Of a DNA stretch of 59,919 nucleotides, positions 45,531-56,182 are shown piece by piece (position 1 is the stretch's first letter; every line of letters starts with the position of its first letter). This DNA comes from a virus, in UHGV virus genome UHGV-0342645. One strand, 5' to 3'. The notes under the pieces are model-generated. The model did no database searches. It saw nothing but the letters and a program-made list of their open reading frames with translations, and was not told the origin of the DNA. A program made the translations under genes and the position numbers.

Positions 45531-48492
45531 AACCAGTGAATGAACCGGATCCGTGCGAAACAATAATAGTAGGCGAGGCTATATACGCCCCTCTATTGTT
45601 CTGAGCGGAAATTGTAATTCTTACCGTAACGTTTGGACCAGTTACAACAGCAGAATGCATAATAAGTCGTTCTATATCCTGTACTCTGGAAGAGCCCTCA
45701 GATCCGTTAATATTTATCGTACCTGCACCATTCCCACTCACGTTTGCTATAACACAGACGTGTCTTGCGTGACCTGAGGAGGATGAATCTGTGTATGTCA
45801 TTACCTTTTCCAGTACACCGTTATTCGTTCGACTTACATTCGTCCCAGTATGCATGTTTGCAATATCGCCAATAAAGCTTTGAGCTTCAACAGTTCCGGT
45901 AAACTTACCATTAGTTGCATACACGGTCCCTCTAAACTCACCGTTGGTTGCGTAAATAGTCCCTCTTGCAATTATGTTGTTAACGTGGAAATAACCGTCT
46001 TTAGTAATTGCCCAACCTTGATCGTCACCGTTCCAGTTATAGGATTGAATAATATTACCAATTTTTGCGTTATTGATAGAACCGTCTTCAATGAAGCCTT
46101 CACGAATAAAGGTTTGACCGTTCTTAATAACAAACGCTAAGCTTGCAGCCCCCGCTACCGGATTATAAACAGCAAAGTTGTCCGCACTTACCATCCAGTA
46201 TGATTGATATTGCCCACCCTGCCCTTCCACGCCCATCTGCATACCAGCAACGTATTTATTTCCGTTGTTGTCAATCTGAACCTTCTGCCCCCATTGTGCG
46301 GATAATTTACCGTTTAAATCAGCAAACGCGGAAGCTTGTTGTTGTACAGTAGCGCTAACATTGCCCACACTGCTCTGGACTGAGTTGATCTGCTCCGTAT
46401 ATTTAGTGTCATTTTCCTCTATAGTTGTTTGAAGGGATGTCACACCATCTTCAACTTCTTTAACCGTTGCAACAAGATTTTTATATGATTCAGTTTGCGA
46501 TAACGTGTCTTCTACAAAGTCAATCAGCTGTCCAGTTTCTGCATGAACTACAGCCGCAACTTCCACGAATGCGGACGAACCAAATGCGTTTATCGAACGG
46601 ACGTACCAGTAATAAGTGTGGTCATTCTTAAGGTTTTGGTCGGTCCATGTTGTACCCATCCCTTTTCTTGTTGCTTGCGCTTCAACAATTTCGGTTGCAT
46701 AAGATGGTAATTTTGTTTCACCGGATGTCCAGAAATCAAATTGCGTACTAACGCTAGTCAAATCTTTAATACGCGGAATTAACGTTATAGCAAAATACCC
46801 ATTTTGGACTTCTACATTGGACGGAGGTGGCGGTGCCTGAATGTTAAATTCCAAATAGGCTTCAGGCGACACAGCACCATTATAGCCAACAGCTTGCACA
46901 TGAGCGGTATAACCGCCGCGCAATAGCCCAGTTACACGCACGTTCTGCCCAGGAACCTGTGCGGTCCATATCGTTTGCCCGTTCTGCTTAATTGCAACAC
47001 GGTTATATGAAAAAGATCCTATATTGCTCCACGTTAATACACCTTGTACAACGTCGCTAATCTGCAACACCTGATACTGCAAATTCTGAGGTTGGGGGAT
47101 TCCACCAGTAGGAAGATCGACAAGATCCGGACGCTCTATTGGTTTACCGATAGCATCATCCCACATCTCAAGGAAGTCCTGACGTAATGTAAGGTTAACA
47201 CCTCCTTTAGGATCAAAAGACCATTTAGTTACACGCATTTCAACATCGCGCATACCAATCTGTGGGATTGATACTTTTAAGTACATGCCTGGGCGGAATT
47301 TATACCCCTTCATATTACAAGGAATTTCAAGCGTTCTGCCTACACGTTTACGACGTAAAATAATATTTGCAAGACGCTGGGCTTGGTATGGACTTACAAC
47401 GAAGCGGTATTCCATATCCTGCGTGATTTCCCCTCCATCTTTCTCCACCCATTCCTTAACCACAACTGAGGGGAAGTCTGCTTCTGTATAGTTTTGTTCC
47501 GGATCGATGAATGTACCTGTGATGGTGTTAGTACGGTCTTTATATGATGTCTCCGGTACTATTTTAATATCACCAGCAATACAACTTTCGTCCAACGTCA
47601 TTGTTGCAGGGCCGTAATAAGCGCCAACAAGCAAGCCGTGTTTACCCCCAATATATGTTAGTTCACCGCCGCAAGCTTCCAGCATTGCATCGAGTATTTT
47701 GGACGGGGCCTCTTCAACCTCAAACTCGCCATTAATGCGATAGCGGCGTTCAGATGTACCATCTGCGTTATTTATGATTTCATCACAAATATTGGCAGCT
47801 TCAATAAACTGATCCCAGTTTATGCTGGAGTCTTTACGATTTAAGTACACACGAAAATAATCCAATATCACTAACGCAGCGTTATCGCTAAAGACTTCTG
47901 TCCCTGAACGCGGGTCGTACACCCTTCTACCTTTCTTTAAAACTTTAACGTTAGGTAAACCAGAAGGGAACTTTTCAGCATCAAACTTATAGGTCAGTCT
48001 TAGCCATGCTAAACCTTTACCAATCATGTCCTCCTTCCACGAAGGACAATTATTCAACATATAGGGGTCAACTGTTTGACGGTCGTTATGAAACTCCCAC
48101 GATACCAAATCCCCAAAAGTTTCAATAGCATCGTCGCCAAGCCATATTGGTCCTATCCCTTCTAGCCTATGGGATGCAAGGACAAGCACCATATTTAGAA
48201 TTTCTTTATCATCCTGATCACCAGCTTGTTCCTCTGCAAAGGATAATAGACCGGATGAAACAGTTGTACCGTAGACAACAACTCTTGAAGAGGCAGCGGA
48301 CCGCAAAACTTGTTTACGTTCTTGCTGACCTTTAAAGGCGTTGAAATCAAATTTAGGCGTTTTGGTAAGCAAAGCACCCGCTGCGGTTGCAGCCATGCCT
48401 ATCACTAAAGCGGTTGTAACGGAAATAATACTAGCAGCCGCGGCAGCGGACGCGCCTAGTGCAATTGCTGCTCCAATTATTGCTGGTGGCAT
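45529..48492 (-). CDS. central tail fibre / host-specificity protein (lambda J-like tail tip)
   Basis: 987 aa; follows M/L/K-like genes; C-terminal region with repeated beta-rich (FN3-like) segments. Confidence 0.75.
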   Translation of the reverse strand: MPPAIIGAAIALGASAAAAASIISVTTALVIGMAATAAGALLTKTPKFDFNAFKGQQERKQVLRSAASSRVVVYGTTVSSGLLSFAEEQAGDQDDKEILNMVLVLASHRLEGIGPIWLGDDAIETFGDLVSWEFHNDRQTVDPYMLNNCPSWKEDMIGKGLAWLRLTYKFDAEKFPSGLPNVKVLKKGRRVYDPRSGTEVFSDNAALVILDYFRVYLNRKDSSINWDQFIEAANICDEIINNADGTSERRYRINGEFEVEEAPSKILDAMLEACGGELTYIGGKHGLLVGAYYGPATMTLDESCIAGDIKIVPETSYKDRTNTITGTFIDPEQNYTEADFPSVVVKEWVEKDGGEITQDMEYRFVVSPYQAQRLANIILRRKRVGRTLEIPCNMKGYKFRPGMYLKVSIPQIGMRDVEMRVTKWSFDPKGGVNLTLRQDFLEMWDDAIGKPIERPDLVDLPTGGIPQPQNLQYQVLQISDVVQGVLTWSNIGSFSYNRVAIKQNGQTIWTAQVPGQNVRVTGLLRGGYTAHVQAVGYNGAVSPEAYLEFNIQAPPPPSNVEVQNGYFAITLIPRIKDLTSVSTQFDFWTSGETKLPSYATEIVEAQATRKGMGTTWTDQNLKNDHTYYWYVRSINAFGSSAFVEVAAVVHAETGQLIDFVEDTLSQTESYKNLVATVKEVEDGVTSLQTTIEENDTKYTEQINSVQSSVGNVSATVQQQASAFADLNGKLSAQWGQKVQIDNNGNKYVAGMQMGVEGQGGQYQSYWMVSADNFAVYNPVAGAASLAFVIKNGQTFIREGFIEDGSINNAKIGNIIQSYNWNGDDQGWAITKDGYFHVNNIIARGTIYATNGEFRGTVYATNGKFTGTVEAQSFIGDIANMHTGTNVSRTNNGVLEKVMTYTDSSSSGHARHVCVIANVSGNGAGTININGSEGSSRVQDIERLIMHSAVVTGPNVTVRITISAQNNRGAYIASPTIIVSHGSGSFTG

Positions 48493-48927
48493 TTACATCC
48501 TCCAAATGTCGGTAATTTCAATCTTACTTAATGGAAAAGTTTCAACACCGTTTGGACCCATAGCCCAAACAACACCCGACCATAATACGCCAGCGGTTAA
48601 ACCTAAGTCACCATTAAATGTAACCACATCTCCGCGCTGCGCATATTTCTTATCGACACGCTGCGTGATGTATACATCCAACATTGTAGGCAAATACGTG
48701 CTCTTGGCTTTTTCCAGCATAAATCTCTTGCTTCCAAGCTCTGTGCTGTACTGACCAATTATCCCGTCTGCAATACTAGTCCCGTATTGTGCGTCTAAAC
48801 ATTTAGCGACAAATATACAGCAATCATTTTGCCCCCAAACAAAAGGGACTTCCTTTAGCTCGTTTACTGTGGTTAATAGGCGTGTCTGCCACCCTGCGGT
48901 TTTATTCATAGTAGAATCCCGGCGCAT
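48493..48927 (-). CDS. tail assembly protein K-like (NlpC/P60 papain-fold)
   Basis: Start trimmed to an internal Met (MRRDSTMNKTAGW) to avoid a 176-nt overlap; conserved Cys in VWGQNDCCIFV typical of lambda gpK NlpC/P60 domains. Confidence 0.5.
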   Translation of the reverse strand: MRRDSTMNKTAGWQTRLLTTVNELKEVPFVWGQNDCCIFVAKCLDAQYGTSIADGIIGQYSTELGSKRFMLEKAKSTYLPTMLDVYITQRVDKKYAQRGDVVTFNGDLGLTAGVLWSGVVWAMGPNGVETFPLSKIEITDIWRM

Positions 48928-49486
48928 CTTTCTTACTTCCCCAAAAGATTGAACGTTCTGCCATTTGTGCAACATATCTAAAAAAGCGGTCCCCTGGATG
49001 TAACCGCTGTTGACTTTCATCCGTGTAGCGGTCAGGCAATCCCTGCGACCATCTTTCAAATACGTTAGCAACAACATAACTTAATGCGTTCTGTTGACCC
49101 GCTTGCATTGCAGTATCTGTAATAAAACCTTCAAAGAGAACGTTAGCACCAGTTACAACACCTTGACTATTTAATACCGCAATGTAGCATATAACTGTAC
49201 ATCCGATTACTTCTTCGTTCAACGTCTCACCAACAAGACTCATATCAAGTCCGTTAAGTGTCATAGACATGGTACTTGAACTTGTGCTGTTTTCTTCAGT
49301 AACCGAGCCAACGTCCCCTAACGTTCCAACTCCAAGAAACGTTTGACCGTCAATAACAACAACTCCGGTCCCTGTATGGACTCTAGTTATACCAGAAGGG
49401 AAATGTATTTCCGCAGCAAGGACAAGCTTAACATCCGGTTGATCCATGGCAGTTAAAACACTATTGCTAAAAGGGCTGAACAGCAT
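48902..49486 (-). CDS. minor tail protein L-like
   Basis: 194 aa; position between the M-like and K-like genes. Confidence 0.5.
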   Translation of the reverse strand: MLFSPFSNSVLTAMDQPDVKLVLAAEIHFPSGITRVHTGTGVVVIDGQTFLGVGTLGDVGSVTEENSTSSSTMSMTLNGLDMSLVGETLNEEVIGCTVICYIAVLNSQGVVTGANVLFEGFITDTAMQAGQQNALSYVVANVFERWSQGLPDRYTDESQQRLHPGDRFFRYVAQMAERSIFWGSKKDAPGFYYE

Positions 49487-50070
49487 TAGAAAGCCTCCGA
49501 AAACTTTAAAGTAAATGAGTTGTTGAAAGCTGGTTGACGTTTGACGCCGTTGGTATTGTCGGATAAGCGAAAGGCGCCTTGTGGTTTCTGCGTTTCAACT
49601 TTAGCACCATTGGGGGGAATAGTTCTCAGCATTGGCGCAATATTTAAGATAACGTTACCAGCACCATCGCTCCATGCGTCCTCAGTGACCATCTTTAACT
49701 CACCGTTCACGGTAATATAGTCCCCTTCCCATAAGACTTTTCTGTTAGGTGTCCAACCTTTAGTCGCCAATGTAGTTCCTGTGTTGCTTGCACCATTAAC
49801 CACAGGTGTTCCCATAGGAGGTCTGCCCCAACGTCCAAAATCTTGAAGCATAATACGACCAGATTTACCATCCAGCTTAACTAGAGTGGATTCTAATTTT
49901 CTAGATTGCCAATCGTTTAAATTGTTAAAAGATAAAGTTGCCTCCCATCTAGACCCAGGATAGGAGACAGTTTGTGTAGCCCCATTGAAGGGGCTAGTGA
50001 ATTCCACGGAGTTAGATACCAGATACCACTCCATCGAAGATGGTCTAAGTTCCTCAGGCCAGTCAAGCAT
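49486..50070 (-). CDS. minor tail protein M-like (distal tail)
   Basis: 194 aa, directly after the tape measure. Confidence 0.5.
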   Translation of the reverse strand: MLDWPEELRPSSMEWYLVSNSVEFTSPFNGATQTVSYPGSRWEATLSFNNLNDWQSRKLESTLVKLDGKSGRIMLQDFGRWGRPPMGTPVVNGASNTGTTLATKGWTPNRKVLWEGDYITVNGELKMVTEDAWSDGAGNVILNIAPMLRTIPPNGAKVETQKPQGAFRLSDNTNGVKRQPAFNNSFTLKFSEAF

Positions 50071-50073
50071 ATG

Positions 50074-53000
50074 TTACCCCATTGCAGTTCTACGAATTGT
50101 TCCTCGGGAAGCAAAGTCTGCAAGAACCTTGTTATATCCCTGCTCTGCACCATCACGAGCGGCTTGCTGCATTGCTTGCTTGAGCGCTGCATCGCCGTTC
50201 CCTTGTACAGTAATATTCTGAATAATGGTAACACCGCCTGACATATTCACGCCACCTTGTTGCGAAGCTTGGCTATCCAGGAAGCGATTTAACTTGTCAT
50301 TAGACGGAGCATTAAGCACACGTTCACCTTTATCCAATAACCATGTACCTTCGCGCGGAACATTATCAATACCGTCATGTGCCATACCAGCGATTGCTAA
50401 GCCACCCACGGTAGCGGCTGACGCATAACCCATAGCTTTCACTATACCCGCCATAGCTGCGCCCATTGTAGCACCGCCTTGCTGTGTACCCCACGCAAGC
50501 GCTGCTGATGCCGCTGTCTCCGTGTTAGCAAGGATTGATGGGATCTGCATTGCTTTCTGTGCTGCAAACATTGCCTTATAAATAAAGTTCTGTTTACTAA
50601 CACCTTCTTCCAGCCCTGACAAGATAATACCCAATGATTCCTGAGAAAAGGATATCATTCGGTTCATAAGAACTTTATCCAGGTTTTCCCTTTCCATGCT
50701 TGCTTTCTTCAGAACTTGAGTTTTGGCATCCTCATAAAGTTGATAATAAGCTAGGTCATCCGCTCGCTGTTTTGCATTAAGCTCTGTAATCTTTGTATTT
50801 TGCTCGTACGCGATTTTTTCATAGTCTGTCATACCTTCATCTAACAGACCCTCAGCAAACTTACGATTCTTCTTACGCTCGTCCAGTTTCTTTTGAGCTT
50901 CTTCTGCATCGTAAATTGCAGCAGCAAGACTAACGACTTCTGCTTTTTCCGCAGCAGTTGCAGACGCATTGAGCTTATTGAGGGCGGCAGCTTGGGCTTT
51001 CGCTTTGGCGTTTTCCTTAACCCCTGTGGTTACTTCGTTAAGCTTGTTTCGTAAATTGTCAATAACCTTAGCGTTTTGTTGATCCGCCCTAATAGCGTCT
51101 TTTGTAGCTTTGGTTCGGTTTCTCTCCGCTTCCTCAAGATCGTAGTTCTTGCCAAGAGCTTGGGCTAAATCTTGAGCATATTTAACAAGCTCTTTAGCGG
51201 ATTCGCTTGTTGCCTCTGAGCTAACGTCCTGACCCATAGCTACTTTGCGAATTAGACTTCCGTAGGTGTCCGCATCCTTACCTAAAGTTTGATACAACCC
51301 TTTAAGTATTTCAGCTTGACGCGCATTACCCGCACCTTTAACAGTATTAACATCAATTTCACGGTTAACGTCACCTAACTGGCCTTTAAAACGATCAAGG
51401 ACATTTTTGTCAATAATTGGTCCGGTGTTAACGTTAAGCACAGCCTTCATATCGGCAGCAAGCTGACGAGCTAACGGAATTATCTTCTCGATAGCGGGGC
51501 TTGTCATTTCCAATACGTTATTGTAACGACGTTGCGCTTCTTCCGCACGCTCAGCAGCAAGCTTGACATTATCCGTAGCAATTTGTAAGTTCTTCTCAGC
51601 ACTAGCAGTATCTCGACCGGATGCAGCTCGACGCTTCAATTGTGCTTCATAGAACTTCTGCGTTTCCGTTGCAGATTTAAGAGCGGTTTGCTCGCGCTTC
51701 ATTTGCTCTTCAAGTTCCGGAAGTATTGCTCTAGCTTTAACAGCATTAGCCGCAAGCTGAGCTTCCGTCATTTGCATCAATTTATCGCGTACTGTGTCAA
51801 CGCTATCTGCAAATTGATTATTTTCAGCACGACCCGCTTCCAGCGACGCTTTATAAGAGTAAATTGCACCCGCTGCCAGCATTGCTACACCAACAGGACC
51901 GCCAATTAACCCCATAGCACCGCGCAGCACGCTCATTGCTGTAGCTGCTCGGCTTGCGGCTGGTACAGTTGCGTTAAGCGCAGCATTGAGCGCTTGCCGC
52001 GCTTGCACGTCCGCCACAATTGCCGCAGAATGCGCACGGGTAGCATTGATAAGCGCAAGACGAGCACCTGCTTCCGCTGCCGTACCCTTAGCAACCGCTA
52101 AGGACCCTCGAGCAACCTGTAACGCTGCAAGCGAAGCCGCACGATCCGCAGCCGCTTTCTGTGCGGTAACGCCAATAGAGCTTCGCATCACCGCCGTAGT
52201 TGCCGCAGTTTGTGCAGCCTCCATCTGAGATGCTTTTGCAGCAGCTATAGACGCTTTAGTCTTAGCAAGCATTGCCGTAATGATACGGGCGGTGATTACT
52301 GTGGCTAAAGCTGAACTAACCGTTACAACCGTTCCTAAGTTTTCGGATAATGCAACAAACGTCTGCCCCAATGCAGCGACCGCACCTTGAGTCTTTTGGG
52401 ATTCGCCCATAAACTTAGTCAGGTTGTTTGTTGCGATCGTCCATTGCTGTTTGAACGTTGGCATAGTGCGGCTAAATTCTTTATCAATTGTATCCGCAGC
52501 AGCAGACAACGATTTGATAACCACATCGGCTGTTAACTTGCCGCTGTACGCCAGCTCACGCAATTGTCCAATGGTAACGCCTAAAGAATCGGACATGATT
52601 TGAGTTAAGCGCGGAGCTTGTTCTGCAACAGAGCGGAATTCATCCCCGCGCAAAACACCGGATGCCATCGCTTGCGAAAACTGAATAAGAGCAGCACTTG
52701 CTTCGTTGGACGTTGCACCAGAAACGATCATTGCTTTGTTAATTGTTTCCGTGATGCGCCCGAGCTCCATAGCTGTCATACCAGTATTCTTCATTACACG
52801 CTGGAGGCGGGAGTACAGAGTTGCAGTCGCTTCTAAGCTTGTACGTGACCGCTGGGCAATATCAAACACGCGTTGCTGCGCATCCGCAACGGTTTCATTA
52901 CCCGTACGAGCCAGTTCAAGTTTGTTGGTGAGGATAGTCCAGGAGTCCGATAGCGAAATAACACGGTTAATGGTGTCGACGCTAATCATTCCTACAATTG

Positions 53001-53190
53001 CAGCATCTAAACGACTTGTGACAGTTGCAAGTTCGTTAGATGTGTTAGACAATGTTTTATAGCTGGAGGTAACACGTTGAGCAGACCGCTCCGCTGTGTC
53101 ACCTGTACGCGCTAAGTTCCGCAACATAGAGTCCGCGGTACTAATCCCTCTCGCGTCAACTCTGATTACTAGCGAAGCGGTTTCGGCCAT
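50074..53190 (-). CDS. tail tape measure protein
   Basis: 1038 aa, Ala-rich and helical throughout; preceded by the G/GT chaperone pair. Confidence 0.85.
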   Translation of the reverse strand: MAETASLVIRVDARGISTADSMLRNLARTGDTAERSAQRVTSSYKTLSNTSNELATVTSRLDAAIVGMISVDTINRVISLSDSWTILTNKLELARTGNETVADAQQRVFDIAQRSRTSLEATATLYSRLQRVMKNTGMTAMELGRITETINKAMIVSGATSNEASAALIQFSQAMASGVLRGDEFRSVAEQAPRLTQIMSDSLGVTIGQLRELAYSGKLTADVVIKSLSAAADTIDKEFSRTMPTFKQQWTIATNNLTKFMGESQKTQGAVAALGQTFVALSENLGTVVTVSSALATVITARIITAMLAKTKASIAAAKASQMEAAQTAATTAVMRSSIGVTAQKAAADRAASLAALQVARGSLAVAKGTAAEAGARLALINATRAHSAAIVADVQARQALNAALNATVPAASRAATAMSVLRGAMGLIGGPVGVAMLAAGAIYSYKASLEAGRAENNQFADSVDTVRDKLMQMTEAQLAANAVKARAILPELEEQMKREQTALKSATETQKFYEAQLKRRAASGRDTASAEKNLQIATDNVKLAAERAEEAQRRYNNVLEMTSPAIEKIIPLARQLAADMKAVLNVNTGPIIDKNVLDRFKGQLGDVNREIDVNTVKGAGNARQAEILKGLYQTLGKDADTYGSLIRKVAMGQDVSSEATSESAKELVKYAQDLAQALGKNYDLEEAERNRTKATKDAIRADQQNAKVIDNLRNKLNEVTTGVKENAKAKAQAAALNKLNASATAAEKAEVVSLAAAIYDAEEAQKKLDERKKNRKFAEGLLDEGMTDYEKIAYEQNTKITELNAKQRADDLAYYQLYEDAKTQVLKKASMERENLDKVLMNRMISFSQESLGIILSGLEEGVSKQNFIYKAMFAAQKAMQIPSILANTETAASAALAWGTQQGGATMGAAMAGIVKAMGYASAATVGGLAIAGMAHDGIDNVPREGTWLLDKGERVLNAPSNDKLNRFLDSQASQQGGVNMSGGVTIIQNITVQGNGDAALKQAMQQAARDGAEQGYNKVLADFASRGTIRRTAMG

Positions 53191-53995
53191 TATCTTCTCC
53201 TTTTTCTTCTACCTTTATTTTGATTTTGCATTTGACTTTCCATGAGTTTAGCATTTTGTTCAGCTTCTGACACGCGCTTTTCAAGCCATAGCTGCCGCAG
53301 TATTTCGCATTCGTACGGTTGAAGATGTAAGCCCATTGTCACTTGATAGCTGTGCAATTCTGTATAACTAAAATCTCCTCCAGTGTAGATATCATCAAAT
53401 AAAGTAGATAGATATTCGAAGCAAAGCGGTATTTCCTTTTCCCGATATTCTTTAAGCTTAGGTGGCGTCTTACCAGACTGTTCCTCAACCTTTTGCAGTT
53501 GCGATAATAAAGAAGATCCCCCGCCGGGGACTTTACTATTTAGTTCCCATTGGAGGATCTTCTTATCAATTAACTGTCTGCGCGCTTTTAGAAAAAATTA
53601 CTATCTTTAGCGGCAAATACGTTAAGGTCTTCTCGGACAGTTGGGTTCTCCGTTAAGAACTCAAACACGTTGTCAACGGTTGGAGGCTCGTCAAACGTCC
53701 AACCTGCTACAAGATTACACAGTGAACGGGTAAGGATGTCTTCCTTCATAGCATCCGTTACTTCCCCGTCTTTACCCTGCATAAGTGCCAACAGTTGACG
53801 TTGTGCTTTCAATTCTGCGTCACGATACTCTGTGCAGTAACGGCTACGAATGTAGAGTTTTTCGCCAGTGTCGCCTACACCAGGAATAACCACATTCATA
53901 GGCTTAGTGTTTGCCGGATCATTTGCCCGGCTCACAGTTTTAAAATCACGGAAGCTTTTAGCTACTGCAACTTTGGCTTTTTTGGTGTCGGTCAT
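53190..53995 (-). CDS. tail assembly chaperone G (53588..53995) and G-T fusion produced by a programmed -1 ribosomal frameshift
   Basis: The G ORF ends ...AAT TTT TTC TAA; the heptamer T_TTT_TTC (plus-strand 53591-53597) fits X_XXY_YYZ. By manual translation, the -1 frame stays open for about 400 nt from the slip site to a TAA that overlaps the tape-measure ATG (TAATG at 53190). No Met-initiated ORF of at least 60 aa exists in that interval. Confidence 0.55.
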
Positions 53996-54004
53996 TTCTT
54001 ATCC

Positions 54005-54928
54005 TTATGCTCCCGCTAAAACGCGGGTAATTTTGATAGAACTTGCGCTTGTTGGGTCCAGCAATCCGCGGTAGCCCATATTAAGCATGATATCGCCTTC
54101 ACCGTCAATAGGACGCGGAGCCTCAGTGAATTTCACGCGAGGGATTTCCACAGTGTATTTTTGTTGCGGATTGCTTGGGTCAATCAGATCAAACTTGATT
54201 GAAGTTTCCACTTCATCCAGATACTTCTTACGCAGTTTGTTATCCAGGAAGTAAACGTTAGCTGTACCAGTTACAGCACGGCGACCAGCAGACGGTTCAA
54301 TGGAGAACTTCGAGCCAACAACGAAGCGCGGAGTGATATCGTTTTCAACGGTAAGACCGATTTCCGTAATAACGCTAATTTCCTGACCGCCTTCCAGCAA
54401 GCGACCGGAGAAGCCGTCCATCGGTGAAGAAGTTGTACGAGCTTTGATGGAAGCACCAGCAGGAAGTGATTCAGCAATTTCCATCGAGCGACCAACAATG
54501 CCGAACTCTACTGTGGTCATGTTTTCAGCAGACAATGAGAAAGTCATGCTGTTAACTTCACAACCGCGATAGATTGTGTATTTACCTGATGGCAGATCTG
54601 CGTTATAGTCTACAAAAGTAAATGACTGGCGAACAATACCACCTTTAAGGACGTTGTCCTGCCATTCACCGCGCAGTGCTGCCGCAATGAGGTCGTCAAA
54701 CGTACCGAAGGACATTTCGCCTGTTACCGTACCTTCAACGCTTCGAGCGCCAAGACGGAAGTCTGCGGTTTCTGCGTCATCACGCAGTTCTTCAGACTCC
54801 AGCGTCGCAATGTTAATATCCAGACCGGAACTCGTTACACGAAACGGGGTAAACTTCGCGCTTGCTGGAGTTGTGTTGCTCACATCTTCTTTGACGTAAT
54901 AACACGAATAACGTGAACCTGTAGCCAT
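54005..54928 (-). CDS. major tail (tube) protein
   Basis: 307 aa immediately upstream of the G/GT chaperones. Confidence 0.6.
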   Translation of the reverse strand: MATGSRYSCYYVKEDVSNTTPASAKFTPFRVTSSGLDINIATLESEELRDDAETADFRLGARSVEGTVTGEMSFGTFDDLIAAALRGEWQDNVLKGGIVRQSFTFVDYNADLPSGKYTIYRGCEVNSMTFSLSAENMTTVEFGIVGRSMEIAESLPAGASIKARTTSSPMDGFSGRLLEGGQEISVITEIGLTVENDITPRFVVGSKFSIEPSAGRRAVTGTANVYFLDNKLRKKYLDEVETSIKFDLIDPSNPQQKYTVEIPRVKFTEAPRPIDGEGDIMLNMGYRGLLDPTSASSIKITRVLAGA

Positions 54929-54942
54929 ATTTAGATCCTCTC

Positions 54943-55392
54943 TTACCTCGGCTCACGAGCCGACCAATAGATTGTAATAAAGTTAACGTCCCAGTTGTCT
55001 TCAACCCCGCCTCTGGTAAAATCATTCAGCGAAGTTTGTCCACCCTGCGAAAAGTCTAAGCTGACAATTCGTATCGTGTGGTCATCCGGGCACGGGATAC
55101 GCAAGCCCAGTTTAAACTTTTTCCGAATGGAATCCAAGATTTGATTCTGTTTAGACGTTCCAGTGTTTAACGGACTGTACACTGTAACTTGATAGAATCC
55201 TGGAATTTCATTCAGACCGTTGTCACCTAACGTTGCCGCGTATGTAGATGCAGGTGCATTGATTGCCTTTAACCACATCTGATTCGCTTTAGGTGTAAAC
55301 TTCTTGTTCTTCCACGCTATACCTATATCCGGTCCAACGGCTTCGCGTAGCATCTTATTAAATGCGTCATTGATAAAATCGTATCCCAGCAT
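54943..55392 (-). CDS. tail terminator-like protein (position of lambda gpU)
   Basis: 149 aa; synteny only. Confidence 0.4.
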   Translation of the reverse strand: MLGYDFINDAFNKMLREAVGPDIGIAWKNKKFTPKANQMWLKAINAPASTYAATLGDNGLNEIPGFYQVTVYSPLNTGTSKQNQILDSIRKKFKLGLRIPCPDDHTIRIVSLDFSQGGQTSLNDFTRGGVEDNWDVNFITIYWSAREPR

Positions 55393-55799
55393 TATAGTTT
55401 TCCTTCTACAATAGCTTGGCGTATCAACATTGGAAGCTTCGCTACGTTAATACGCACCATGCCATTTGGCGCTTGCTGCGACCAACCAAGATATTCAAGT
55501 TTCGGAGCATACGGGGTTAAATTGCTAAAGTAGAAAGTCCAGTCTTTATCATCTGGCAACTGTCTTATAATAACCCTAGCTTCCGCTTTAGCTAACTCCC
55601 CAGTAGGATCGAGGCGGATAGTTTCCGTCGCATATGGTGTACCAATGGATGAACGCCAACCGCCTTTTGTACGTCCGGTCTTAACAGGAGTATCCTGAAT
55701 TACATTCTCCGTGAACTTGACAACAACCTTTTTGGCTTGCTCCCCAGTCTGGACAAGCACCTTTTGACTTGCACGCCGTATATCCGCCCCGAATCCCAT
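55392..55799 (-). CDS. tail completion / neck protein (position of gpZ)
   Basis: 135 aa; synteny only. Confidence 0.4.
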   Translation of the reverse strand: MGFGADIRRASQKVLVQTGEQAKKVVVKFTENVIQDTPVKTGRTKGGWRSSIGTPYATETIRLDPTGELAKAEARVIIRQLPDDKDWTFYFSNLTPYAPKLEYLGWSQQAPNGMVRINVAKLPMLIRQAIVEGKL

Positions 55800-56179
55800 T
55801 ATCGCGTCACCTTGAAAGTATAAAGAACAGAAACATTAGCAGGTCTTGTATCAACAAACTCATTTATGGTCCACACTTCCAACTCACCATCAGGAGACAT
55901 ACGCTCAATGCGTGCAGTCATTGCTTTATCTCGTGTCAATGGTGGAGTCATTGGATAGGTTAAGACTTTCAATTCGCCAGTAGCAACAAGGCTCCCACCG
56001 ATCATTTTTTCCTTCGGGGAAAGAAAAGCTCCGATAAATGGGTAGCGTTTTTCAACACTAGGATCGTCCCACTCATCTTGACCTTCTCCTTTTTCCATGA
56101 CCACAAGGGTACAGTTCACGCCAGCGTCGTTGATCATTTGCTTTGCAGCTTCAACTAACTGCTCATAAGGAAAGCTCAT
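55799..56179 (-). CDS. head closure / head-tail joining protein
   Basis: 126 aa; synteny only. Confidence 0.4.
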   Translation of the reverse strand: MSFPYEQLVEAAKQMINDAGVNCTLVVMEKGEGQDEWDDPSVEKRYPFIGAFLSPKEKMIGGSLVATGELKVLTYPMTPPLTRDKAMTARIERMSPDGELEVWTINEFVDTRPANVSVLYTFKVTR

Positions 56180-56182
56180 AAC

